Assembly: GCA_034189385.1 (NCBI GenBank)
Contig: JAXHVD010000002.1
Location: forward strand, 96,001 to 160,000
DNA length: 64,000 bases
Direction of reading: 5' to 3'
Source of the DNA: Thermodesulfobacteriota bacterium
Lineage (GTDB): Bacteria > Desulfobacterota > Desulfobacteria > Desulfobacterales > C00003060
Every line of letters starts with the position of its first letter. Position 1 is the first letter of the stretch. Positions 1 through 12,200 of the stretch are shown in pieces. The notes beneath the pieces are model-generated. The model searched no databases, was not told the DNA's origin, and worked only from the letters and a program-made list of their open reading frames with translations. Position numbers and translations under genes: made by a program.

Positions 1-1
1 A

Positions 2-289
2 ATGAAAGGTGTGGAGATAAAGTGGAAGGACTTCTGGCCTGTCAGTCTTGAGAATGCGGATGTGGTGTTCTGCTATTTGTTTCCCGACGTCATGAAGCGC
101 TTGGCCGCCAAACTTGAGGTAGAGCTTTGCCACGGGGCCCGCGTGGTGTCGTGTAACTTTTCTATTCCGGGGTGGAGGCCCATGGCAACCATTTGTCCAG
201 AGTCTGCCCGCTATAGCGACCCCATCTATGTTTATCGCATCCCGGATTCATGCCCCTGCCGTCGACGTGGGCACATTCAAACCAATTGA
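2..289 (+). CDS. Class I SAM-dependent methyltransferase, C-terminal part (5' truncated by window edge)
   Basis: ADVVFCYLFPDVM...L..EL..GARVVSCNF..PGW is typical of small methyltransferases. Confidence 0.7.
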   Translation: MKGVEIKWKDFWPVSLENADVVFCYLFPDVMKRLAAKLEVELCHGARVVSCNFSIPGWRPMATICPESARYSDPIYVYRIPDSCPCRRRGHIQTN

Positions 290-744
290 GGCCTTCTATT
301 GAGTCATGGGGACCTCCCTGAGTCTCACATGGGATCTCTTGAAAAATGGATCAACTGCCTTATGTTGGAGGTTAGGAATCAGCTTCAAAAAAATCCGTTG
401 AAAGAATTGCCATTAGTGGTACAAGAACTACCCGAAAAACGTGCTTTGGGGGGCACGTGCACTGTTTGGAAATGAAGTGGCAGCGGGTCATATGTCCTTG
501 TGTTTGCGATGAAATCCCGTTTCTTAGTCCCAGAACTTGTTTTAGGTGCTCCCGCTACTGACGGAGGTTCATGTCCCGTTGAAGGCGGTATCACGTATCT
601 GAAAACGGTTCCCGTCCATGGGTTAAACCGCAGTCCAGCCTGCTGGTGCGTTCTCAAGAAATCAGAACTCAAGACACTCACTTAGCTCTTCATGGCTTCC
701 ATCCGGGTGAAAGAGCCGCTCAAAGATTCAGGAATTGGGATGAC

Positions 745-1836
745 ATGAAAGCAATATTGGCCTTAGAAGACGGCACCGTGTATCATGGCAACGCCTTTGC
801 GGGGCAGGGGGGGGTGTCTGGCGAGGTTGTTTTCAACACGAGCATGACGGGTTACCAGGAAGTTCTAACGGACCCTTCGTACAAGGGGCAGATCGTCACT
901 TTGACGTATCCCCTCATCGGCAATTACGGCGTCAACGATGAAGACGTGGAGTCTGACAGGATTCAGGTTGAGGGGTTTGTCGTTCGGGAGTATGAGCCCC
1001 TGCCTAGCAATTGGCGATCTCAAAAGGCCCTGGCCGATTATCTGAACGAGCAAGGGGTAATGGCCATTGAGGGCATAGATACGCGGGCTCTGACGCGACA
1101 CATTCGGTTGGCAGGAGCCATGAAGGGGGTCATTTCGACCAGCGACCTTGACCCTGCTTCTCTAGTCAAAAAGGCGAAGACTTCCCAAGGGCTGGTGGGG
1201 CAAGATTTGGTAAAAGAGGTCACCTGCCGAGAGGCGTACAGATGGCCACTGCCAAATGGAACTCGTTTTCAAGTGGTTACATTGGACTGCGGCATGAAGT
1301 TCAATATCCCTCGGAGTCTGGCCCGACGAGGATGTCGTGTGACCGTTGTGCCAGCCTATACCAGTGCTGAGGATATCAGGGCGATGAACCCCGACGGCAT
1401 TGTGCTTTCCAACGGTCCTGGTGATCCGGAGCCACTCACCTATGTTGTTGACACGATTAAGGATCTCATTTCAGACTATCCAATCTTTGGTATCTGCCTT
1501 GGCCACCAACTCCTGGGTCTGGCCTTTGGTGGCAAGACCTACAAACTAAAATTTGGGCATCGCGGGTCCAACCACCCTGTTAGGAATCTGCTCACTGGCA
1601 AGGTGGAGATTACGGCCCAGAACCACGGTTTCTGTGTGGATATGGACTCCATCAAAGACCCGGACATTGAAATAACCCACATCAACCTGAACGACCAGAC
1701 CCTTGAGGGGATGAGGCATCGAAAGCTTCCCATCTTCTCGGTGCAATACCATCCTGAGGCCTCTCCCGGCCCCCACGATTCCGACTATCTGTTTGATGCA
1801 TTCATAGGCCTCTTGGAAAAGGGGAACGGCAAGTGA
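745..1836 (+). CDS. carA: Carbamoyl-phosphate synthase small subunit
   Basis: MKAILALEDG start, GEVVFNTSMTGYQE, SNGPGDP, FGICLGHQ, QYHPEASPGP; ATG at 745. Confidence 0.98.
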   Translation: MKAILALEDGTVYHGNAFAGQGGVSGEVVFNTSMTGYQEVLTDPSYKGQIVTLTYPLIGNYGVNDEDVESDRIQVEGFVVREYEPLPSNWRSQKALADYLNEQGVMAIEGIDTRALTRHIRLAGAMKGVISTSDLDPASLVKKAKTSQGLVGQDLVKEVTCREAYRWPLPNGTRFQVVTLDCGMKFNIPRSLARRGCRVTVVPAYTSAEDIRAMNPDGIVLSNGPGDPEPLTYVVDTIKDLISDYPIFGICLGHQLLGLAFGGKTYKLKFGHRGSNHPVRNLLTGKVEITAQNHGFCVDMDSIKDPDIEITHINLNDQTLEGMRHRKLPIFSVQYHPEASPGPHDSDYLFDAFIGLLEKGNGK

Positions 1837-3362
1837 TCCTCATCATTGATTTCGGCTCCCAGTACAACCAACTTATTGCAAGACGGGTCCGTGAGGAGCA
1901 TGTCTACTGCCAGATCGAACCTCCCTGGATCAGCATCGACCAGATAAAGGCCCTGGCCCCGAAAGGGATTATTCTGTCTGGCGGTCCGGCAAGCATCTAT
2001 GAAGAGAATAGTCCCAAGGCGGACCGCGCCATCTTTGACCTTGGTGTCCCCATCCTTGGCATCTGCTATGGGATGCAATACATGGTGGATGTCTTGGGGG
2101 GCAAAGTGAAGAGGGCCCAGCAAAGAGAATATGGGTTTGCCAAACTCCAGATAAAGGATAGCACCGGCATTTTCCAAGGCGTGTCAAAGGAGACAAAGTG
2201 CTGGATGAGCCATGGAGACACCATCGCAAAGGTGCCCAAAGGCTTCAGGATCATTGCATCAACACCAAGCACCAGGGTGGCGGCCACGAACCATCGGGCA
2301 AGGGACCTCTATGGACTCCAGTTTCATCCGGAAGTGGCCCATACGCCCATGGGGAAAAGGATGCTCAAGAATTTCCTACTTCAGATCTGTGGCTGCAAGA
2401 AGACCTGGACCATGAAATCTTTTGTGAAGGAATCGGTCCGCGAGATAAGGTCTGTAGTCGGAGATAAGAAGGTGATTCTGGGGCTCAGTGGAGGGGTGGA
2501 TTCCTCGGTTACTGCCTTGCTTCTTCATCAGGCCGTTGGTGGCCAACTGACGTGTATATTTGTGGATAACGGCCTCTTGAGATATGGTGAGGCAGCCCAG
2601 GTGAAGGGGCTTTTCAAGAAACACTTTAGCGTGAACTTAAGATATGTCAGCGCTAAGAGGAAGTTTCTACAAGGCCTGAAAGGAATTGTGGACCCCGAAA
2701 GGAAACGGAAGATTATTGGGCGCATTTTTGTCGAGGCCTTCGAAAGGGAGGCACGGAGACTCAAGGGGGTAGATTTCCTCGCCCAGGGGACCTTGTATCC
2801 GGACATCATCGAATCTAGGTCGGCCTTTGGAGGGCCCAGTGCTGTGATAAAATCCCATCACAACGTGGGGGGCTTGCCCAAGCGGATGAAACTCAAACTC
2901 ATCGAACCCCTCAGGCACCTTTTCAAAGATGAGGTCCGTGTTTTGGGCAAAGAGTTGGGTCTTCCTGAGAGCCTTGTCTGGAGGCAGCCCTTTCCGGGGC
3001 CTGGTCTGGCCATTCGCATCATAGGTGAGGTGACACAGGCGAGACTATCCATTTTGAGAAAGGTGGATATGATTTTGCTTGATGAGATAAGATCAGAAGG
3101 CCTGTACAAGAAGCTATGGCAGTCCTTTGCAGTGCTTTTACCCTTAAAAAGTGTGGGTATCATGGGAGACCAGAGGACCTATGAGAACATGGTGGCCATT
3201 CGGGCAGTGACGAGCCTGGATGCCATGACCGCTGATTGGGCGAGGCTCCCGCACACCCTTCTGGGACGGATATCCAACCGTATCATTAATGAAGTCAAGG
3301 GCGTCAATCGCGTCGTCTATGACATCAGTTCCAAGCCGCCGAGCACTATTGAATGGGAATGA
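1833..3362 (+). CDS. guaA: GMP synthase (glutamine-hydrolysing)
   Basis: DFGSQY, GICYGMQ, SGGVDS, KSHHNVGG, SKPPSTIEWE terminus; GTG overlaps the carA stop. Confidence 0.98.
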   Translation: MILIIDFGSQYNQLIARRVREEHVYCQIEPPWISIDQIKALAPKGIILSGGPASIYEENSPKADRAIFDLGVPILGICYGMQYMVDVLGGKVKRAQQREYGFAKLQIKDSTGIFQGVSKETKCWMSHGDTIAKVPKGFRIIASTPSTRVAATNHRARDLYGLQFHPEVAHTPMGKRMLKNFLLQICGCKKTWTMKSFVKESVREIRSVVGDKKVILGLSGGVDSSVTALLLHQAVGGQLTCIFVDNGLLRYGEAAQVKGLFKKHFSVNLRYVSAKRKFLQGLKGIVDPERKRKIIGRIFVEAFEREARRLKGVDFLAQGTLYPDIIESRSAFGGPSAVIKSHHNVGGLPKRMKLKLIEPLRHLFKDEVRVLGKELGLPESLVWRQPFPGPGLAIRIIGEVTQARLSILRKVDMILLDEIRSEGLYKKLWQSFAVLLPLKSVGIMGDQRTYENMVAIRAVTSLDAMTADWARLPHTLLGRISNRIINEVKGVNRVVYDISSKPPSTIEWE

Positions 3363-3432
3363 TGGCACCTGCCTGCAGCCCCGGCGTTTTGAGGTAGTAT
3401 GTTTCCTGGAAAGGGCCTGTCGGATTTCGGAG

Positions 3433-3499
3433 AAGGCACAAGGCTTAAGGCATAAGGTGCAAGGAAGAAAACCCCTAAGCCTTACGCCCTTCGCCCTTT
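3433..3499. repeat. Heptamer tandem array (AAGGCNN) with inverted counterpart
   Basis: aaggcac-aaggctt-aaggcat-aaggtgc-aagg followed by cctaag-ccttacg-cccttcg-cccttt. Confidence 0.7.
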
Positions 3500-3569
3500 A
3501 AACATTGGCGGGGCTTTCCGAGTGGGACCAATGCCTGCCATGAAGGATTTGTAAGGACCTAAAGAACCT

Positions 3570-6500
3570 ATGCCCAAAAGGACTGACATATCAAAGATCA
3601 TGATCATTGGCTCCGGGCCGATCATTATCAGCCAGGCCTGTGAATTTGACTACTCAGGCACCCAGGCCTGCAAGGCCTTGAAAGAAGAAGGCTATGAGGT
3701 AGTGCTTGTAAACAGCAACCCGGCTACGATCATGACTGATCCTGAGACGGCCGATCATACCTACATTGAACCCATCACACCTGAGATAGTCACCATGATC
3801 TTGGAAAAGGAGCGGCCGGACGTTCTCCTTCCCACTCTCGGCGGGCAAACGGCACTGAATACGGCTGTGCAGGTGGCTGATATGGGGGCCCTGGACGCCT
3901 ACAATGTAGAGATGATTGCCGCCTCTGCCGACGTGATCAAAAAGGCTGAAGACCGTGACTTGTTTCGGGCTGCCATGAAGGCTATCAGACTGCGTGTGCC
4001 GAAAAGCGGCATTGCACAGGACATGGACCGTGCCCGAGAGATGGCAGGTGAAATAGGGTATCCGCTCATTGTTCGACCCAGTTTTACCCTGGGTGGAACT
4101 GGTGGCGGTGTTGCCTACAATCCTGAAGACCTTGAGAAATTGGTGGCCTGGGGTTTGGATGCCAGCTTGATTCATCAAGTCATGCTCGAAGAGTCGGTCA
4201 TCGGGTGGAAAGAATTCGAACTCGAGGTTATGCGAGATCAAAAGGACAATGTGGTCATCGTTTGCTCCATTGAAAATGTGGATCCTATGGGTATCCACAC
4301 GGGCGATAGCATTACGGTAGCACCGGCCCAGACCTTGAGCGACAAAGAATATCAGACGATGCGGGACGCTGCCATTTCCATCATCCGTGAAATCGGCGTG
4401 GACACAGGAGGATCTAACATTCAATTTGCCGTCAATCCGAAAGATGGAGAGATGGTGGTCATAGAAATGAACCCAAGGGTCTCAAGGAGTTCAGCCCTGG
4501 CCTCCAAGGCCACAGGGTTTCCCATTGCCAAGATAGCGGCCAAGTTGGCAGTTGGCTATACCTTGGATGAGCTGCCCAATGACATCACTGGGGAGACGCT
4601 GGCCTCCTTTGAGCCGACCATCGACTACTGCGTGGTCAAGATTCCCCGGTGGACCTTTGAAAAGTTTCCGGAATCTGAAGACTACTTGACGACAGCCATG
4701 AAATCAGTGGGAGAGACCATGGCCATTGGGCGCACGTTCAAAGAGGCCCTCCAGAAAGGCCTGCGTTCTCTGGAGATCGGTCGGTTTGGTCTAGGGGCCG
4801 ACGGTAAGGGGCGGTTGGAACAAGACGGAAGGCTCCCTTCTGAGGCTGAGATCAAAGGGAAGCTTCTGAATCCCAATTCCCAGCGGTTGTTCTACATTAG
4901 GTACGCCATAAAGGCGGGGATGGATTTGAAAGCCATCTACAGGTGGACAGGCATAGACCCTTGGTTTCTTCACCAAATAGGCCAGATTGTCCGTGGCGAA
5001 GAGGAGATAGCGGCGGCTCGTCATCCTTTGCCCTCTTCCCTCATGCGGAAGGGGAAGGTCTTTGGATTCTCCGATGTCCAATTGGCCCACCTTCTTAAGA
5101 CAGAGGAGGACGAGCTCAGGGCTCTGAGGAGGCAGCTTGAGGTGGGACCGGTCTACAAGTTGGTGGACACGTGTGCTGCTGAGTTTGAGGCCTCTACCCC
5201 CTACTATTATTCCACCTATGAGCAGGAAACCGAGGTCCGCAGTTCCCAAAGATCCAAGGTCATGATCCTTGGGGGAGGGCCGAACCGGATTGGCCAGGGG
5301 ATTGAGTTTGATTATTGTTGTGTTCAGGCCTCCTTTGCCTTGAGGGAAGAAGGCGTTGAGAGCATTATGGTCAACAGCAATCCTGAGACGGTGAGTACCG
5401 ATTATGATACGTCTGACAAACTCTATTTTGAGCCCCTCACCAGAGAAGACGTCTTGAATATTGTGGAAGCAGAAGACCCATTGGGGGTCATCGTCCAGTT
5501 CGGCGGGCAGACCCCGCTCAACCTTTCCATGGCCCTAGCCGAAGCCGGGGTCCCTATTATGGGCACTTCATCTCAGAGCATTGCCTTGGCAGAGGACCGG
5601 GAGCTTTTCAAAGAGGTCCTGAAAAAGCTCGGATTGAGGCAACCTGACAATGGGACAGCCATGGGTGTGAGGAGGGCCGCAGATGTAGCGGCGACGATTG
5701 GATACCCTGTGATGGTGCGGCCCTCCTACGTCCTTGGCGGGCGGGCCATGCAGGTGGTATATGACCGCCTCTCTCTAGAGTCGTTTATTCGCAAGGCCCA
5801 ACTGGCTTCTCCAGATCATCCGATCCTCATTGACAAGTTCCTGGAGGGTGCCATTGAGATTGATGTAGACGCCATTTCAGACGGTCAGACGACGATTGTG
5901 GGTGGCATCATGGAACACATAGAGGAGGCCGGTATCCATTCTGGCGATAGTGCCTGCGTACTCCCCCCGCAGGGCCTGCCGACGTCTCTTCTGGAACAGA
6001 TCAAGGCGGATACCCGTGCCCTTACGAGGGAACTGGGTGTGGTGGGCCTGATAAACATCCAGTTTGCCATCAAGGACGAAGAGATCTTTGTGCTGGAAGT
6101 CAATCCCAGGGCTTCCCGGACCGTTCCTTTTGTCAGTAAGGCCACTGGTGTCCCCCTGGCCAAGCTGGCGACAAAGGTCATGCTGGGAAAGACCTTAAAC
6201 GATTTGGGACTCACTCGAGAGGTGGTGCCCACCCATATTTCAGTCAAGGAATCGGTCTTTCCTTTCAATCGTTTTGCCGGTGTGGATATCCTTCTTGGCC
6301 CAGAGATGAAATCTACAGGTGAGGTTATGGGAATAGACGGAGACTTCGGCAGGGCCTTTGCCAAGTCCCAGCTGGCGGCAGGGCAGAACCTGCCAACAGA
6401 AGGGGCGGTCTTTGTCAGTGTCAAAGATGGGGATAAGGATGGGGTTTATCCTGTGGTTCGTCAACTGTATGACCTGGGCTTTGACTTCTTGGCTACTAGG

Positions 6501-6806
6501 GGAACCTCCCGTTACCTGAAAGATGCTGGCATCCCTAGCAGGATGGTGAAGAAGATTGCCGAGGGCCGTCCCAATGTGACAGATCACATCAAGAATGGGG
6601 AAGTACAGTTGGTGATTAATACGCCGTCAGGGAAGGAGGGGGCGGGCGGGGCGCGCACGATCCGTCAGGCCGTCCTAGGCTATGGTCTTCCCTATGCCAC
6701 AACTCTGGCCGGGGCCTGCGCCATGGCCTCGGGCATTGAGGCGATGAAGACGAAGGGGCTCAGCGTGCAGTCCCTTCAGGGTTATCACAGGCAGAGCAGT
6801 CAGTGA
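3570..6806 (+). CDS. carB: Carbamoyl-phosphate synthase large subunit
   Basis: [16 protein letters not shown], duplicated ATP-grasp domains, MGS domain; 1078 aa. Confidence 0.99.
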   Translation: MPKRTDISKIMIIGSGPIIISQACEFDYSGTQACKALKEEGYEVVLVNSNPATIMTDPETADHTYIEPITPEIVTMILEKERPDVLLPTLGGQTALNTAVQVADMGALDAYNVEMIAASADVIKKAEDRDLFRAAMKAIRLRVPKSGIAQDMDRAREMAGEIGYPLIVRPSFTLGGTGGGVAYNPEDLEKLVAWGLDASLIHQVMLEESVIGWKEFELEVMRDQKDNVVIVCSIENVDPMGIHTGDSITVAPAQTLSDKEYQTMRDAAISIIREIGVDTGGSNIQFAVNPKDGEMVVIEMNPRVSRSSALASKATGFPIAKIAAKLAVGYTLDELPNDITGETLASFEPTIDYCVVKIPRWTFEKFPESEDYLTTAMKSVGETMAIGRTFKEALQKGLRSLEIGRFGLGADGKGRLEQDGRLPSEAEIKGKLLNPNSQRLFYIRYAIKAGMDLKAIYRWTGIDPWFLHQIGQIVRGEEEIAAARHPLPSSLMRKGKVFGFSDVQLAHLLKTEEDELRALRRQLEVGPVYKLVDTCAAEFEASTPYYYSTYEQETEVRSSQRSKVMILGGGPNRIGQGIEFDYCCVQASFALREEGVESIMVNSNPETVSTDYDTSDKLYFEPLTREDVLNIVEAEDPLGVIVQFGGQTPLNLSMALAEAGVPIMGTSSQSIALAEDRELFKEVLKKLGLRQPDNGTAMGVRRAADVAATIGYPVMVRPSYVLGGRAMQVVYDRLSLESFIRKAQLASPDHPILIDKFLEGAIEIDVDAISDGQTTIVGGIMEHIEEAGIHSGDSACVLPPQGLPTSLLEQIKADTRALTRELGVVGLINIQFAIKDEEIFVLEVNPRASRTVPFVSKATGVPLAKLATKVMLGKTLNDLGLTREVVPTHISVKESVFPFNRFAGVDILLGPEMKSTGEVMGIDGDFGRAFAKSQLAAGQNLPTEGAVFVSVKDGDKDGVYPVVRQLYDLGFDFLATRGTSRYLKDAGIPSRMVKKIAEGRPNVTDHIKNGEVQLVINTPSGKEGAGGARTIRQAVLGYGLPYATTLAGACAMASGIEAMKTKGLSVQSLQGYHRQSSQ

Positions 6807-7011
6807 TGATGCCTGGTTGGTTGCAAGGGGGTAGACGTGAGTCGTCGTCGGCCACTCATAGGGCACACCTGGCGTTTCCCCTTTGGCACAGAAAAAAGAG
6901 ATGATGAGCTTTTTAAGTTGTTACGGGCTGGCGAGCGACGTGAGAAGCAATGAGCAATGAGTGAGGAGTGACAGATGACGGGATCGCCGGTGAGAGGGGA
7001 CGGAAGTTCAT

Positions 7012-8472
7012 ATGGAGGCTAGAGACTGCAGCATGTTGTCCCGGTGTGGTGGACCAAGAGAGGCATGTGGTGTCTTTGGGGTATTTGGGCATCACGATGC
7101 CGCCAAGCTGGCATATTTTGGGCTCTATGCCCTGCAGCACAGAGGGCAAGAGAGCGCTGGTATCGTCACCTCAACGGGGACGTCAATCCACGAACACAAG
7201 GGAATGGGGCTTGTACCTGAGGTCTTTAACGAACCAATCCTCAACAGCCTTCGCGGTGACATGGCCGTCGGGCACGTCAGGTATTCCACGACAGGGTCTT
7301 CTGTTTCAAAGAATGCGCAACCCTTTGTGGTCTCCCATGGTGGCATGACGTTAGCCATTGCCCACAACGGAAACCTGACCAATGCCAGAACAGTCAGAGA
7401 CGATCTGGAGAAAAGGGGGTCTATTTTTCAGACCACCATGGACAGCGAGATCATCGTCCACCTCCTGGCCCGAAACTTGCGGCATGGTCTAGAAGAGGCC
7501 TTGGTTGAGGCGGTTTCCCAAATTGAGGGGGCCTATTCATGCGTCTTGATGACGGAAGATAAGCTCATTGCCTTTAGGGACCCCAATGGCTTTCGGCCTC
7601 TCTGTCTCGGGAAACTCAACGGGGGGTATGTTGTAGCCTCTGAGACCTGTGCCCTCGACTTGATAGACGGCCGGTATCTGAGGGATATCGAGCCTGGTGA
7701 GATACTCGTCATTGACAAGGACGGCCTGAAGTCGATCAAGCCCTTCTCTCCACGTGAACCTACTTTTTGTATCTTCGAATTCATCTATTTTGCCAGACCT
7801 GACAGCAACATCTTTGGCCAGAATGTGTATACTGTAAGAAAGAGGTTGGGAGAGAAGCTGGCCCAAGAGTTTCCTGTTGAGGCTGATTTTGCCATGCCCT
7901 TCCCGGACTCTGGAAACTATGCCTCTATTGGCTTTTGTCATGGGTCGGGCATTCCCCTTGAGATGGGAGTCATTCGCAACCACTACGTAGGAAGGACCTT
8001 TATCGAGCCTGCCCAGTCCATGCGGGATTTTGGGGTCAAGGTGAAACTGAACCCCGTTCGAGAGATCCTCAAAGACAAACGTGTGGTGATTGTAGAGGAC
8101 TCCATTATACGGGGTACCACGAGCAAGATGCGGATCAAGACCCTGCGTGAAGCAGGGGCCAGGGAGGTTCATATGGTAGTGAGTTGTCCGCCCCACCGCT
8201 ATCCTTGTTATTATGGCATTGACTTCTCAACGAGGGGGGAACTGATTGCCGGCCAGCACGGGCTGGAAGAGGTGAAGAACTTCATCGGCCTGGACAGTCT
8301 ATGCTACTTGAGCCTGCCAGGAATGGTCGAGGCCACAGGACTTGAAAGAAACGGTTTTTGTTTGGCCTGCTTCGATGGCAAATATCCCATTCAGCCTGAA
8401 GAAGACATTTCAAAGCTGTGTCTGGAATGCCGCCAGTCTCAGGATGGTCGCCAACGGCTCGGCGTCTCATGA
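7012..8472 (+). CDS. purF: Amidophosphoribosyltransferase (propeptide, Fe-S type)
   Basis: PREA/CGVFG, LQHRGQESAG, GHVRYST, VEDSIIRGTT, FCLACF; exact start uncertain. Confidence 0.97.
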   Translation: MEARDCSMLSRCGGPREACGVFGVFGHHDAAKLAYFGLYALQHRGQESAGIVTSTGTSIHEHKGMGLVPEVFNEPILNSLRGDMAVGHVRYSTTGSSVSKNAQPFVVSHGGMTLAIAHNGNLTNARTVRDDLEKRGSIFQTTMDSEIIVHLLARNLRHGLEEALVEAVSQIEGAYSCVLMTEDKLIAFRDPNGFRPLCLGKLNGGYVVASETCALDLIDGRYLRDIEPGEILVIDKDGLKSIKPFSPREPTFCIFEFIYFARPDSNIFGQNVYTVRKRLGEKLAQEFPVEADFAMPFPDSGNYASIGFCHGSGIPLEMGVIRNHYVGRTFIEPAQSMRDFGVKVKLNPVREILKDKRVVIVEDSIIRGTTSKMRIKTLREAGAREVHMVVSCPPHRYPCYYGIDFSTRGELIAGQHGLEEVKNFIGLDSLCYLSLPGMVEATGLERNGFCLACFDGKYPIQPEEDISKLCLECRQSQDGRQRLGVS

Positions 8473-9212
8473 AAATAGTAGCCATTATACCCTGCAGGTA
8501 CGACTCAAAACGGTTTCAGGGCAAGCCATTGATGGCCATCCTTGGCAAACCGATGGTCCAGTGGGTATATGAGAGGGCTGAAAAGGCAGACATTATCACA
8601 GATGTGTTCGTCGCGACAGATGACGAGAGGATTTGTAGTTCCGTTCAGGGTTTTGGCGGACAGGTGTTGATGACTGCACCAGGTCACCGGTCTGGGTCCG
8701 ATCGAGTGGCGGAAGCGGCCGGCAGGCTTCACCTCAAGAAGGAGGATGTGGTCATCAATATCCAGGGCGATCAGCCGGCCTTCGACCCACAGTGCCTTTT
8801 GGAGATCGTCTCTCCCCTGAAAGAGAACCCTGGCCTTGACATGAGCACCTTGATTTGCAGGATAAAGGATGCCGATGAGGTCCAAGATCCCAATTGTGTC
8901 AAATGCGTGTTTGACAGCGAGGGATTTGCCCTCTATTTTTCCCGTTCTCCCATTCCCTTAAATAGGGATGAGTCAGCGCCCTGTGACGTCTATAAGCACT
9001 TGGGGATATATGCCTTTAGAAAACGTTTTCTGGACCGCTTTGCGATGCTTCCAAAAGGGGAGCTGGAGGAGATCGAAAAGCTCGAACAGCTTCGCGTGTT
9101 GGAACACGGCTATCGGATCAAGGTGGTGGAGACTGTTCATGATTCCAAGGCCGTTGACACGCCAGATGACATGAAAAAGCTGGAGGCGATTCTTGGGACA
9201 AAGGATGATTAG
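8469..9212 (+). CDS. kdsB: 3-deoxy-manno-octulosonate cytidylyltransferase
   Basis: IIPCRYDSKRFQGKPL, SGSDRVAE, NIQGDQP, HLGIYAF, EKLEQLR. Confidence 0.96.
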   Translation: MKIVAIIPCRYDSKRFQGKPLMAILGKPMVQWVYERAEKADIITDVFVATDDERICSSVQGFGGQVLMTAPGHRSGSDRVAEAAGRLHLKKEDVVINIQGDQPAFDPQCLLEIVSPLKENPGLDMSTLICRIKDADEVQDPNCVKCVFDSEGFALYFSRSPIPLNRDESAPCDVYKHLGIYAFRKRFLDRFAMLPKGELEEIEKLEQLRVLEHGYRIKVVETVHDSKAVDTPDDMKKLEAILGTKDD

Positions 9213-9265
9213 GCGGCTGGCCAGTCTTGCTGCCACTTGGCTGCAGAGGCTGACCAGGAGATAAC

Positions 9266-12200
9266 ATGGGCCTTAAAAGAATCAAAAGGTTCCTAGCGAG
9301 AAGAGGAATAACGGGCCTTTACTTTGGAAAGAGTCTGAAGACAGTCCCAGAAGGCTCGCTGGTTCTTTTTCCCTATGAGCCCGACGTGTTGAGCTGCGGG
9401 ATAACCGGTGTCCTGTCCTTTAAGGGAAGGCCTGCCGGAGCCCATGGGCTTCCCATTCAGGATCTCGAGGATAAGATAGAGGCCCTGTCCAAGGTTGCAG
9501 GGCAGAGGCTTGAAGAAAAAGGGCCCCTGCAAGAGAAAGATGATCTTGGCACAACAGAGCTCATAGGTGAGACAAAACACCTCTGCCAGAAGCTTAGGGA
9601 GCATCGGGTTTTCTACGAAGTCTTCTCCCGTCGAGCCTATCAAAAACGACTGACCGACCTCTGTGAGAAGCTTGAGGCGGTCGTGGAGTCTGAAGACATG
9701 GAACGGGCTCGGAGGATAGGACGCCTGGCCGCGGAAGAATGTGAGGCCCTCGCGCAACGAATAACGGAATTGCGGGACATTCTGTGGTCTTTACGGCACG
9801 AGATCATTGAGAACATTGAAAAGATAACTGCCCTTGGACGATTTGACCAGTATGACTGTGACCCCCTCTGTGTAGGGCTCCTGAAGGAGGTCAACATTAT
9901 ATTTAACAACCTTGATCGACTTGAAGTCAGAGGCAGGGATTCTGCCGGGCTCTCTCTCCTTTTCGTCATGGACGAGGCCGCGTTCACTGGGTTTCGACAA
10001 GCATTAAAAGAGGCATCACTGCTTGGTGAGTTTGAGGAAAGACAAGGGAACCCGGTCTTGTTGAATCGCAGCATCGTAACGAATAAGCAGGACACTGGTG
10101 TCTCTGTGATCTTTACCTACAAGGTTGCTGCCGAGGTAGGAAACCTGGGGGATAATGTCCGGTACTTGAGAAATCAGGTGAGAGATGATCTGGTGCTTCA
10201 GCACTGCATGCGGTGCAGTCATGTGTATCACAGTGCCGTGGCCCACACCCGTTGGGCCTCAGTCGGTGAAATCAGCGAGGCCAATTGCCATCCCGTTGAC
10301 AGCTGTCCCAGCGATTCGCCTAGGACCATTCACGTTTGCCTTAATGGAGATATTGATAACTACCAGAGTCTTCGGCAAGATCTTGAAAGAGAAACGGGCA
10401 AGTCTATTCCAGAAGAGATCACCACGGACACGAAGATTATCCCCCTTCAGATAGAGAAGTATCTCAACAAAGGGGAGACCCTTGAGGGATCTTTTCGCCT
10501 TGCTGTCAGCGATTTTGAGGGTTCCCATGCCATTGCGATGCATAGCGATCTGGCTCCGGGCCAGGTTTTTCTGGCGCAAAGAGGAAGCGGGCAGGCTATA
10601 TTTGTGGGTTTGGCGGAAGGTCATTATGTGCCTGCTTCTGAAATATATGGGTTGGTTGAAGAGACCTCTTGTTATGTGAAGATGGATGGCGAGAAAGTGG
10701 TGGAAGGGATATCTGGCAAGACCCAGGGTCAGATATTTGTCCTGGATGGGAATTCTGAAGGGGGGCTCAGTGGCCTGAGGGCCATGTATTATGACGGAAC
10801 GCCTGTTGAGCTTTCTGGGGATGACGTCAAAGAGACGGAAATCACGCCCAGAGATATTGATCGTCAGCATTATCCCCACTATTTCTTGAAGGAGGTCTCA
10901 GAATCCCCCCGGTCGGTGGAGCAGACCATTGAAGGGCGTGTGGCCATCTTAGAAGAAGGTGGGAGGCAACATCCCCAGATATTGCTGGACACCACAGTCA
11001 TTCCTGCTCATCTGGAAGCGGATTTCAGGGAACATAAGATCCGCAGGGTGTTTTTTATGGGCCAGGGCACAGCAGGGGTGGCCGCTTCGGCCTGTGCAGT
11101 GTTTTTGAGAGAGTACTTGAGCCGAACGGAGATTCGGGTGGCCTCCTTTAAGGCCTCTGAATTCAGTGCCTTTGTCTTGGAAGGTCGTCTTGATGACGCT
11201 CTGGTGGTGGCCATCACACAGTCGGGAACAACCACCGATACCAATCGGGCCATTGACATGGCCAGAGAACGGGGGGCCTGCACGTTGGCTATCGTGAACA
11301 GGCGAGATTCTGACATCACCTTTAAGGTGGATGGGGTGCTTTATACAAGTAGTGGGAGAGACATTGAAATGTCTGTAGCTTCCACCAAGGCTTACTATTC
11401 TCAGATTGTGGCGGGCAGCATCTTAGGTCTGAAACTAGGCCAATTGGCGGGGAGTTTGACGGAAGAGTTCATCCTGGCAGAGATAGAGCACCTTTGGAAG
11501 TTGCCTTCGTCTATGAGGAAAGTACTGGAAAGACATACGGACATCGGCGAGTCAGCCGAGAGATTTGCCGTTACAAAGACATATTGGGCTATTGTGGGTA
11601 GCGGTCCCAACAAGGTCTCTGCAGATGAGATCAGGATAAAGCTGAGTGAGCTTTGTTACAAGACCATTTCTTCAGACGTGGTTGAAGACAAGAAACACAT
11701 TGACCTGTCTTCCGAACCCCTGATTTTTGTCTGTGCAGCCGGCAACCGCGAGGATGTAGTCAGTGATATCGTCAAGGACACCGCGATCTTTAAGGCCCAC
11801 CAAGCAGTGCCCATAGTGGTGGCCACAGAAGGTGAACACCGATTTGATCCTTACGCCGATGCGGTAATCTCCGTGCCTGACACAGAGAGCCGGTTCGCGC
11901 CCATCATAAACACCTTGGCCGGTCACCTCTGGGGATACTATGCGGCCCTGGCGATTAACAAAGAATCTCGATATCTGGTGCATTTCCGTGAAGAGATTCG
12001 TGAACATATTCAGGCCTCTACGGGAAAGGGCCTGGATGTATACGAGATCGTGCTGGATGAAGGTTTCAGAGAGAAAGCGGCCGAGTTTTACGGGGTGTTC
12101 AAGGAGCGGATAAGGGAGAATCGTTACGCCACGGCCATGGCCATACGCACGGCATCGGACCTGACGCTGTTGCTGAAGTACCTGGCCGGAAGACTCCCTA

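Noticed and set aside
290..744. Long leader upstream of carA as a possible riboswitch, attenuator or carA N-terminal extension (ORF from 646)
   Set aside because: No recognisable PyrR or purine riboswitch motif; CarA similarity begins at ATG 745.
6807..7011. Possible ZTP or purine riboswitch before purF
   Set aside because: Conserved riboswitch core sequences are not found; only short periodic repeats are present.
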